A DNA stretch of 64,000 nt, taken from Rhina ancylostomus (Eukaryota). Numbering within the stretch: position 1 is the first letter of the stretch; every line of letters starts with the position of its first letter. A program made the translations under genes and the position numbers. The notes beneath the pieces are model-generated. The model had not been told where the DNA came from and ran no database searches. It was given only the letters and a program-made list of their open reading frames with translations. This document shows positions 13,901-25,900 of the stretch, one piece after another. The stretch lies in NCBI GenBank assembly GCA_030265395.1, contig JARFYF010000112.1, forward strand, positions 74,914,798 through 74,978,797. The letters are read 5' to 3'.

Positions 13901-16900
13901 CTGAGTATATTGTAATAACATGTGATTGTACTGGATTTCTTCTCCATCTTTCATGTCCTGGCAACATGGAAGGTTAGTGTATCCCACACATCCAGCATGG
14001 GGAGAAGATTTAACATTAAGATGACCAATTTCACTGTTGTAATTTTCTGCACAATGGAAACTGACCCAGTGGAAAATGGCAATCAAAGGAAACCTTATTT
14101 GAGACCTGTTGTTCCACTTAAAAGAATTAAAGATTTACATTTTTATAATATCTTCTAAGCATACCAGTGCCTTTACTTTCTTAGAAGGTTAAGGAGGTTC
14201 TGCTTGTCACCAAACACGTTAACAAACTTATACAGACGTACTGTTGAAAGCATCCTGCCTGGTTGCATCATGGTCTGGTAGGGCAATTCAAAGGTGCAGA
14301 ATGTAAGAAGCCACAGAGAGTGGTGGACTCTGCCCAATACACCATGGGCACATCCCCCTCTACCACTGGTAGTATCCGCAGGAAGCATTGCATCAAGAAG
14401 GCAACATCGATCATCAAAGATCCCTACCATCCGGGCCATGCCATCTTTTCACAGCTACCACCAGGCAGGAGGTACGAAAGCCTGAAGTCTCACACCACCA
14501 GCTTCAAGAACAGCTACGTCCCTTCAACCATTCAGTCGTTGAACCAACCAGCAAAACCCTAACCACTACAGTTTAGCAACACTACGACCACTTTGCACTA
14601 AAATGGACTTAGTTTTTTTGTTCTAATTGTGTTCTTTCTTGTAAAAATTGTGTATAATTTATGTTTGATTTATATTTTTCTTGAGAATGCTGCTTATTCT
14701 GTTCTGTAATTCTGCTTACACATGTCTGTGATGCTGCTACAAGTAGGTTTTTCATTGCACCTGTGCATACATGTATTTGTGCATATGACAATAAACTCGA
14801 CTTTGAATTTTAAGGCCTCAGAACCTCTCAAAGAATTTTACAACAAGTGAAATGCTTCTCTGATGTTTCGGCATTGTTGTAAACTCCCTTACTTATCATA
14901 GGAACTAACATTCTTCTTCCAGCTGGAACAAACAGGTAAGCAGGTCCTTAGTTTTTTTGCTCACCTCGCCCACACTACTGTGTTGGTCAATATTTCTCTG
15001 ATCATGTCTCAGAGAGCAGAACGTGAGCATGGAACCATAGTCTCCTTACCCAGTGAGAATGCTATGTAATTAGGCCAAGGGTTACAGTGAAGCAATATGC
15101 TGCTATGATATTCCACGCCTTAGCATCATCTACTCTAAAGAGGTAGCATTTAATCAGGTGTTCTCCTAATTGCAGAATTGCAACAAATAGGGAGCCGGAG
15201 ATCTCCTGGAGAGATCCTCCTAAGACATCGTACTATTAAAAATGTTCACAAAGCAGTTATTAAAATGTTAATGTGGGTAAGATGTTATAACATTGTAAGC
15301 ACAACTCGTTTACAAGACCATTACATACAGGAGGTCCAGGTTCGCCCATCATTCCAGTATTTCCACAGTGACCAGGCTGACCCGGTTTTCCTCTCATACC
15401 CGCAGGCCCAGGATCACCCGGATCTCCTTTCTCTCCTGTTGAGGGGAAAATACACAAATATTTCAATGTCCAATGCCTTGTTCATCCACTTAACAGTAAC
15501 TGCATCTTAAAAGTATTCAACTGAATGTGAAGCAATTTGATTCTTTTCTGAGATGTGTGGGGGTGCTTTCTAAGCATTCCTATGCTTTAGTGGGAAGTTT
15601 TTTATATCAAAAGATTGCACAGAATAAATTACCCTCATCCTCATACATAATATTTGTGGTTGCAGCCCAGCAATCTCACCCAGAACTATATATATTTTAT
15701 CAATAGTTATTGCTGCTCCACACAATGCAAGGTAATTCTCTGCACCATCACTTAAAAAAACAAAAAGTACTGTGACTCCCCTTATACAGTTCTCAGTTGG
15801 CTACTTCTTTTCCATTGGTACAGTATACTCTATAAGTTAATTCTTCTGTTATACTAGTCGTACATTCATCCTGCTAACTCATTCTACTTACAGGCTAAAT
15901 TTTTGCATCACACTTTCAATTTCGATTATTTATGGGCCTCCTCACCATCCTTCAAACAGATTGGAAGTCCAGTGCTAAAGGCTTGTAGATCAAGATGTAT
16001 GTGTGAAGACAGCATCTATCATTAAGCTGATGACTGAGAAATTCTATTAGGCTTTTGTGCAATATGGGATTGAAATGAATCAAAAATGTGATTGTTATGT
16101 CATGCACGCGCTGTCCTGTTAAGCAAGATACTGCTCACTTCAAAGTAGGCTTTAACTAGAGGGCTTTGGCATTATTTAAAGTGAACAAATCTTCCTTGAT
16201 CTGTTGCTGGGGAGTCCAAGGGATCCATCTCTTTCACGTTGGTCCTCCTTCATAAAATTTTCTTGGTATTCACTCTCTGCTCATTCTCTCACCAGCACTA
16301 CATCCTCACACCTCACAAATCTCTCTCCATTCAGCCCTCCACCTATCAATTGCCAACCCATGTGACCAGAATGTGATCTCCTAAAAGTGATAAACAAAAT
16401 GCGGATGCTGAAATTCTGCAATACAAACAAAAAATGCTGCAAGTGCCCAGCAGGTCAGGCAGCATCTGTGGAAAGAGAAACATTGATGTTTCAGGTCTGA
16501 GTACTTTCATTAGAAACTGTCCCTGTGGCCCCTATGCATTTTGGAACAAGCTTCTCTCTACCCCCTCGGTCCTGCCTCCATCACCCCANNNNNNNNNNNN
16601 NNNNNNNNNNNNNNNNNNNNNNNNNNNNNNNNNNNNNNNNNNNNNNNNNNNNNNNNNNNNNNNNNNNNNNNNNNNNNNNNNNNNNNNNGTGCTCTCTACA
16701 AAGTCTATAAAGCTTTACCTCAACTGAAGTAACTCCTGGTTGAATAAGTTATGCAGTGTGTAGTAGTTTACTTGTTATTCTTGTACTCTATTCCACAGAA
16801 TTTGTCATGCATAAATAGAAGCTGAAGAACTTGAATGTAGAATTAGCTGCGCCATTCTTTTCCTCCCATGTGTTGGTAATTGATTGGGAGAGCAAGTTTT

Positions 16901-19900
16901 GCACTTCTGAGCTGTTGACTACTCAAAAAAAAAAGGATCAAAATGAAAATGCATTTAATGTCAAGTACAGTCTAAGTTCTTAGTTTTCTCTGCTGTAAAT
17001 CATTCTACATTAATTTGCACATTTCACTTAATTTGCCAACTCCTGTGCAATGGTAAATTGGTTTATTATTGTCACATGTACTGAGGTACAGTGAAAAACT
17101 TTGTTTTGTTTGCCATCCATACAGATCATTTCATCACATTAGTGTATTGATGTAGTACAAGGAAAACAATACAGAATGGAAAATAGTGTTAGAGTTGCCG
17201 AGAAAGTGCAGTGCAGGCAGACAGAATGGTGCAAGGCCCTAACGAGGCTGATTGTGAGGTCGAGAGTCCATTCTTATTGTACTAGGGGACCGTTCAATAG
17301 TCTTACAACAGCAGGATCAAAGCTGTCCTTTAGCCTGGTGGTACGTGCTTTCAGGCTTTTGTATCTTCTGCCCAATGGGAGGGAGGAGAAGAGAGAGTGA
17401 GTGGGGTCTTTAATTTGTTGGCTGTTTTACCGAGGCAGTATAGTATAGACAAAGTCCATGGAGGGGAGGCTGNNNNNNNNNNNNNNNNNNNNNNNNNNNN
17501 NNNNNNNNNNNNNNNNNNNNNNNNNNNNNNNNNNNNNNNNNNNNNNNNNNNNNNNNNNNNNNNNNNNNNNNNACCATAGAGAAAGAATTACTGTCACTTG
17601 TTTTAGCCTTGCAGCATTTCAGTGTATATGTTTGCACCGCTAAGAAACCTTTGACTGTGTATACAGATCATAGCCCGTTAGGTGTTTCTGAGCCGAGTGA
17701 AAAACAAGAACAGAAGGTTGTTAAACTCGATGGTGCATCTATTAAAAACTGGTGAGGGTCAAAGGGGACGTCAAATTTCTTTAGCCTTCTGAGGAAGTAG
17801 GGGAGTCTGATTTTTCTTTTTCTAGTGGCTACCTGTTAAACTAGCAAAATAAATGGTGGGGGGAAGAGGAGTACAGGGATTTTTTGATTGATAATTCATG
17901 CCGTGCATATAAGTTGGTAAATGCACAAGGAGTACAGTGATGTTTACTCTTAGTTCCTGTCTCCTAGTATACTACGTTGTAAGTTTTTCATACTTGATAA
18001 TTTTTAAGGGAACGAGAGCAGCCACCAAGATTTGCCCAGCACGGGACATTTGAGTATGAATATGCCATGAGATGGAAAGCACTGCTTGAAATGGAGAAAC
18101 AACAACAAGAGCAAGTGGACAGAAATGTGAAAGAAGCACGAGAAAAACTGGAAGTAGAATTGGAAGCTGCACGTCATGAGCACCAAGTCATGCTGATGAG
18201 GCAAGGTATGTTGAGAAGTGAGCCATATACTTTTCTTTCTCTCCTTCTAAAGCTATTGACTTCTGGTAAACAGGTTTGGAATATAGAACATAGAACAGTA
18301 CAGCACAGGAACTGGCCCCTTTGGCCCACAATGTTATGCTAAACTAATTTAATACCTCCCTTCTGCCTACACAATGCCTATATCCATCCATTCTCTGCAC
18401 ATTCATGTCTATCTGAGAGCCTCTTAAACACTTGTTTGTGTTGTATTTGCCCCCACTACTACCCCTGCCAGGCACCCACCACTCTGTGTTTGTAAAAGAA
18501 ATACTTGCCCCATACATCTCCTTTGAACTTGCTCCTTCTGGCTTATATGCATGCCCTCTAGTGTTATGCATTTTGACCCTGGGGGAAAAAGTAATGACTG
18601 TCTACTCTAGGCCTCTCATACTATTTTAAACTTCTATCATATGAACAGTGGATCAGTTTTGTTATCCCTTAATTCTATTCTCCTGTCCTCTCTTCCAACT
18701 CTCCCTTTTAACTTTAATGTGTCTGGCTACCCATTGTTGTGACTGAACTAAACTGAGCCACGTGGAAGCTGTAACTGGGAGAGACAGANNNNNNNNNNNN
18801 NNNNNNNNNNNNNNNNNNNNNNNNNNNNNNNNNNNNNNNNNNNNNNNNNNNNNNNNNNNNNNNNNNNNNNNNNNNNNNNNNNNNNNNNNNNNNNNNNNNN
18901 NNNNNNNNNNNNNNNNNNNNNNNNNNNNNNNNNNNNNNNNNNNNNNNNNNNNNNNNNNNNNNNNNNNNNNNNNNNNNNNNNNNNNNNNNNNNNNNNNNNN
19001 NNNNNNNNNNNNNNNNNNNNNNNNNNNNNNNNNNNNNNNNNNNNNNNNNCCCTCTTCCTTTCCAGTTTGATGAAGGGTCTTAGCCCAAAATGTCGACAGT
19101 TTATTTCCTTCCATGGATGCTGCCTGACTTGCTGAGTTCCTCCAGTACTTTTTGTGAATTGCTCCAGATTCCAGCATCTGCAGAATTTTTTTTGTGACAC
19201 CTAAAATATACCTCTTTTGTCACTGTTGAGGGATGGCTCTGTGATCATACAACTAGCCAGAATATTAAGTGACAAAACAGACCTGTCCTGAACTGTGTTT
19301 TAAGTCGTAGGGATATGCCTTTAACAATTCATTGATACAGTAGATGGCCACTTAATGCCTTCCCTGATCTCATCCTGAAGTTTTCAAAGCCCACCAATTA
19401 ACATGAACATTTGTCTATTGCCTTCCCCTGTGTAGTTTCAAGGAGATAAAATCAGAATGTCCCACACCCAGTGATTGGATTCAATGACCCCAAAGCATCA
19501 GTTAAAGTTAAGTTGTGAATAGATTTTGTTTCTTAAAGACTGGTTCTCATTTTAATTAATATCTGCTATCTATAATTTAATAACTCCAGAATAATCCCTA
19601 ACACCCATCCCACCCAGTCTATGAACGGTGAAAGATTTTGTAGTTCCTAAGTTTTGGTTTGTGTTGCTGACTTTTTTTCAGCTGCTCCATTGAGTAAGTC
19701 TTCGAAGGGATTTTTTTTATTGTCAAACTCAGTACATTGCCTCTCCACAAACTAGAGTTCCACCAATAGATTGTTGCTTTTATGTAATATATTGGGAATT
19801 TTCATAAGTTTTCTTTCAGACATTATTTTAAATCTGTATCCTCTATCATTGAACCTTGTGCCACTGTTTACTTTATCTGAAACCTCCATGATTTTTGAAC

Positions 19901-22900
19901 ATCACTGTTTAATGGCCTTCTCTGCTCAATCCNNNNNNNNNNNNNNNNNNNNNNNNNNNNNNNNNNNNNNNNNNNNNNNNNNNNNNNNNNNNNNNNNNNN
20001 NNNNNNNNNNNNNNNNNNNNNNNNNNNNNNNNCCTTCTCTGCTCAATCCCAGGTTTTCTAACTTTCTGTGCTTAACTGGAGGTTATCATCTCCTGCAACA
20101 ACTGATAATTTGTGCACTTTTTCAGTTCTTGGCATCTTTCCTGAAGTATGATGCTCATTATTCAATCTAACTTTCTTTGGTGTTCTGCCACTATTTGTTA
20201 ACTCAAGTTCCAAAATGGTTGACATGCAGAACTCTGCTTTATGTTCTCAGGACTTCCCATTTAAAAATGTAACATGTGTAAAACATAACATGTACAAAGT
20301 GTGCCCAATAACCCCTTTAACATTAAACAGCCCTTTTGTAGTCTATCTGGGTTTACCAGCAAACTAAGCACTGAACCTCTGACCTCAGAACAGTTGATCA
20401 TTCATCCTGGTACCCCTGGCATACATAAGACCAGTACCGATATTCATTCTGTGTTCTCCCCCATGCTCATGAAGGTTCTTCCCTCCTCTTGCTCCATAGA
20501 TACAGAAGTAGAGCCCATGGTAGAATGATGGTCTGAATTGGGGGCTTCCTGGGAAGGTGGACCACATCCAATGGTGTGTCACTATTTGTACGGATTGAGG
20601 GGAGACTAGAAGTGATATTAAAGGATGAAGAGAGTCAGAAATTAGAGTGTAAAAATAAATGTTGGAAATGGATTTTGAGCTTGTATGTTCTTTAAGGTTA
20701 AGACAATCTGTCAATATGTCCTTCTATCATTTACTATATATACTTATTTAAGGTTTTGCCATTTATTTGCCTTGTTAAAGATTCATACTTTCTTGTGGGG
20801 AAATAAGACAGGCTGTTACCATCCTTGTGTACCAGTGAATATACCATAAATCTAACTCCAGGTTGTTGAATTTATAGTCTGATGGGCAGGAATACAAGAA
20901 TGGATTGTGAATGTTTTTGGAATTTCTTCAGAAAATATAATTAAAGTTTCATTCACCTGAAGTTAAGTCTGCATCTTTCAGAATGTACTCTACCTAGGAC
21001 AAGTATAAAAATGAATTTGTTCTTGGAAATGTATAATTTAAGCATGTTAATTGACCAAGATTTTGTCAACAGACTTAATGAGACGTCAAGAAGAGCTGAG
21101 ACGCATGGAAGAACTACATAATCAGGAACTGCAGAAAAGAAAGCAGTTGGAACTGAGGTAAAGATTATTGCATTGAATTCTTGAAAGTGAATGTCTAAGA
21201 TATATTTCTGGAAGAATATATTTTCTGACAGGTAACAGTTAATTTATTAAGCATAACACAAACATTTAGAAGTTTTGTTTCATTATCCAATTCAAACAAT
21301 TGAATCTGGTTTTAGATTTGATGAATAATATTGCAGTAGAATGAATAAAGATGGTATTAAGAATTAGGTATTGATTTAGGCAAAAGATGCTCTTTGTTCG
21401 GAGGTTAGTTGAGTGGCTAATACATGGCTTACCTTATTTTGGGGGCTGACTGGAGTGAAGAGGTGATGTTTTGTTGGCATGATGGAATGGGGAACAGAAG
21501 TGGGTTGGAGAAATTGCTTCCTTCCAGCAAAGTGTGTGCTATTTGGTAAGGAGGAGTACATGTCTTTAAAACATCTATTTTGTTTGGTGGATGTCTCTTT
21601 TCCTAGGGATGTTGGATATGGTGATCAATGGAAGAGAGGAGTATTGTAATGAGTAATTATGCTGCTGATCACAGTTCCAACTTTGAATTCACAGATGTCA
21701 ACATACTGATTTTATTATTGCATGTTATGTAACATAATTTGTAAAATGCCATTTTTCTCTTAAACAAATGTGGTCTAGTGGTGTAGAATTTACAGAGAGG
21801 TCATTGGGGAACCATGTTTTATTTTTGTAACTATTGAAAAATTGTAGACTTAAAGAGCACAGAAACCTGCCCTTCATTTCACCCAACTGTGCACCAACTA
21901 TCGAGCATCCATTTGCGCACATTCACTTTTTATTCTGCTCCAGATTCTCCACTCACCTTTTTGCTAGGGACAATATACAGTTTTCAAGTAAACTAGCAGA
22001 CCCCCACTTTGGATGTGGGAGGAAACCAGAGAGCCCTGAGGAAACCCATGGGGTCATAAGGAAAAATACAAATTCCACATGGACAGCCCCAGAGATCACA
22101 ATTGAACTTCAGTCGCTGGAGCTGTGAGGCACCAGCTTTACTAGTTGCATCATTGCGCTGTCCTTTCTGAATATTTGAAACTTTTGTTTTATGCAATAGT
22201 AAAAGGTTCTTTGTGGCACACAGAAACTTAATTGGCAAGGCTGCTTGTATTGGGATCATAGCTTCATCTGTTAGTGATTGTAGCATCCATTTTTATTGCT
22301 TCATTACCTGTACTCCCTGTAACACCAACAGCATCTGAAATGAGAATCCATTTGTAATCAGCCACTAATCTGATTGTCTCGCCTTTCTTAGCTGTCTTTG
22401 GATAATGAATTCAAAATTAGTCTGCCATTAGCTGTAGCTGCAGAGTTTTGTCTGTTCAGTGCTTCTGTTTGCCTTTGACATGTCTGAACACCGTGATGTT
22501 TGAATTAAGTGGCTTGGCTTCACCAACATGCGACAAAATAAGTATATTGGTATCATTCTTGACTTGTTTTGCAGTGTGTTGTTTCTTAACAGATTGTGTG
22601 AGCATTCGTTGGTTGGCCATCTATGCTTGATATAGATTCATTTATACTTCTGTATTTAGACATAGGCATTAGATATTCACACAATAGTTAATTATCAGTG
22701 ACATTTTGGCCTCGGAATCTTACTTGTTAGTCATAGTAATGCACTTCTGAAAAAGAATACCAGCCAACTTAATTTTTTAAGTTAAAAGCAGAATGACTAG
22801 AAGGCAAAGTGCCTTTAACTGTTATGGGGAAAAAAAGTTTAAACTATTTTTAAGTTGAATTCTGCTTCAAAATTGTTTTCACAGCTTGGGAAATAATGTA

Positions 22901-25900
22901 ATGAAAGGGAATGGGCTAAATTTTACTGTCATAAGGGGGAAGCTTTTTCAAAAGCCAGAGAATATGATAGTTGTTAAGGAAATGGATAAGGATTATAGGA
23001 AAACGTTGAAAATGTTACTTCAATTTAAATTCAATACCAAAGCTAGTAAATGAGCTTGGCTTTCTTTTCAGTTGTTAATTCTCTTTTTTTTAAAAAAAAC
23101 TTCAAGTTTGCACCAATTATCCATAGCCTTAGCAAATTACTTCTGAAAAATATTTTACTCACCCTTTTTTGTGGAAAAATAGGTTTGCTTATTGTAGGTG
23201 AAGTGTTGAATCCATCATTTAATTTGAAAAGAGTAATTTTGTAATTTCTCATTGTTATTTACTTTAGGCAAGAAGAAGAACGCAGAAGACGTGAAGAAGA
23301 AATATTGCTGCGTCAGCGTGAGAAAGAAGAAATGATGCGACGACAACAGGAGGGCTTTCGAGGAAACTTTGAAAATGTAAGAGTTCTGAGATACTTCACT
23401 GAGCTAAAGTGAATTAGTAAGTTAGTGATGTTATTAATGCACTGGAGGGAAAAGGTGACATTTAAAACAATATCAGAAAGAAAGTTAATTACTTTTCACA
23501 CCACTTAACCAATTGTTCTTTGGCGCAAGCTGCACAGTGTGTTGATTGATTAAGCACTTAAATATTCATTGTGGTGGAGAATCAAAAGATGAGGACTTTT
23601 TTTGTATAGCTCCAATTCTTTTATCTAGTCATTGACCTGTTTATGTATAGTTGATATAATTATAAAAATAACTGCCTGATCTCTCGCACGCCAGTGCAAT
23701 GACATCAGTTTTGCTATCTCGATTAACATTAGAAAAGAAATTGCAGGTAAATGTACACATTATGGTTTATTTCCTCAGAAGCATTTAATTCCATTTGATA
23801 GTCATTTTTTTCCTCAAGGTTTGCAATACTAGTATGAACTTCATTTCTGAATTTCAGTGTCTTTCACAAGTGTTGCATAGCATTTTAGAACTTGAGCAGT
23901 AACCAAGGGAACTGCACATCAAAAAGTGAGACTGCTTTCTGTTTTACTTTCAGCAAAAATACAAAGGTTGAAGTCTTGATGATTTTTCCAAATGACTTGA
24001 TTGCAAGCTGAATGTCAGTGCCCAATATTCTTTGTAATATCTTTTGTATTTAATTAGTCAATTGTGGTTGGTTACTAATATTTTGGACAATGTACTACTT
24101 TACCTGTTACTAAGCAAAACAGTTTGTTTTGAAGGTCAAGCTATCAACAGTTTTGCTTTGTATTCTCTCCATCTAGATAAGGCCACAAATAATTGCAACT
24201 AAAGCCAACCCTCACTAGCCAGTTTCAATCCTGATGTATGTTTACTTAAGATAGTATTCAAGAATATGGAACTATCTATTAGAATTTGTTGAGTCTTGAC
24301 ATGCATTGCCTAGAATTGCTGAAGCCAAATGGTTCAGTAATGTTCTTCAGGAGAAGAAATTTGACATGCTTACTTGGTTTGGCCTTTAAGTGACTCCATA
24401 CCTTAAGCGCGGTCAATTCTTAAATGTCTGCTGAAGTGGCTAGATTCCATCATTACCATTGCATTCAGAGTTGGAGTAAAGTGGTTGGACCACTTGGTGA
24501 TCATGTGGCACATTGTCTGTAATATATAATTCTGTGAGTTCAAACATCTGGGGATTGGTGTCTAAATTGGGAGAACTGTCCCACAGCCAGGCAATAACCT
24601 GACGTGGTCGTACCCACAGAATTGTGCATTACGGACTATGTGGGAGACTCCTCTGTGACAATACTTATCCCTGGATAGACCCACCAGAGGTAGTAGTATG
24701 GTGGTGAGCAGACAATAGGGAGAGTCTTTGAAATCTTGGAACACTGACTCCAGATCCCATCAAGTCTCATGGCAAACATGAGAACCACCATTTCATCACC
24801 ATTGAACAACACTTGGAAGAAACACTGAAAGGAGCAAGAGCACAAATTGTTCTTTGGGTGGAAGACCAGATGGCTTGTCACACCATCATAGATTGAACTG
24901 GCTCATTCCTGAAGGACATAGCTTCCAGATTATGTCTGTGGCGGGTAGTGAGTGAATCAACACAATGGAAAAACCTATTTGACGTCATCCTTGCCTACCT
25001 TCCGATGGCAGGTGAATGGTTAGAAGCTGGCTTTGTTAGAAGTGATCATTCCACAGTCTGATCTTCATGCTGAGCATACCCTCTGTTGTGTTCCACTAAA
25101 ATTATGCAAATAGTATAGATACAAATCTAGCAGCCCAAAATTGGGCGTCAGTGCAGTGCTTTGGACCATCAGCAGCAATAGAATTGAACCTTGTGGCCTG
25201 GCATATCCTACATTTTAATCATTACTGTCAAGACCAGCTCAATGAGTGTAGAAAGGCATGACTGGTGCAGCACCATGCATAATTAGAAATGCCAGCCTGG
25301 GGTAGTTGTAATAGGGACTAAGTGCTTGCTATAGTCCCATATTAGATAGAATTATTCAATCTCTCAATTAGTGGATCAGATCGAACCTCTGTTGGAAAAT
25401 GGAAGGACAAGGCTCCAATATATTGACATTCTCATCAGGGACCAGTATCTGAGTACAAAAGAGAAGGCTGATACATTTCCAACCTTGTTAAGCCAAAAAG
25501 TGCATAATTGATCCATTTCATCTTCTTTCTGAGATCCCTACCCTCACAAGCCAGTCTCCAACCAATTTGATTCAGTCCACTATATCTAAAACTGGCTGAA
25601 TGCACTATACTTGACAAAGGCTGTGGGACTAGATAGCATCCCACTGTAATTGTGAAGACCTGCATTGCAGAACTAGCTATGCCTCTAGCCATACTGTTAC
25701 AGCATAGGTCCAACAGTGGCATTGACCTGTCAATGGAAAATTGCCCAGGTGTCTTTGGTTTTTGTAAACAGGACACAAATCCTCTGCAGCCAATCTCCAC
25801 CCAAGCAGTCTGACATCAAGGAACCATTTGATGTGGCATCAAAGCACCCTGGTTTAAAAATTAAATCAATGGGCATCAAAAGGATTGTGGTTCTCAGAGG

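Larger units (their letters stand above)
10300..16380 (-). pseudogene. Nested antisense fibrillar-collagen-like pseudogene (TSPN - Gly-X-Y - COLFI; resembles COL24A1/COL27A1)
   Basis: Ordered minus-strand segments: TSPN-like 16380-16139 ending KAYFE|GTGAGC; 15780-15680 ([10 protein letters not shown]...VLG|GTGAGA); intact 12-triplet exon 15435-15329; degenerate 54-nt Gly-X-Y exon 13894-13841; COLFI-like motifs at 11470-11394, 11093-11076, 10997-10904, 10575-10479 and 10361-10307, broken by frameshifts and stops. Confidence 0.7.

Noticed and set aside
16434-19200. ORFs containing long X runs (also 44225-44813 and 46482-46694)
   Set aside because: Artefacts of N gaps in the assembly.
19916-20049. 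Identical 17-mer CCTTCTCTGCTCAATCC on both sides of a gap
   Set aside because: Most likely an unmerged contig overlap rather than a biological repeat or TSD.
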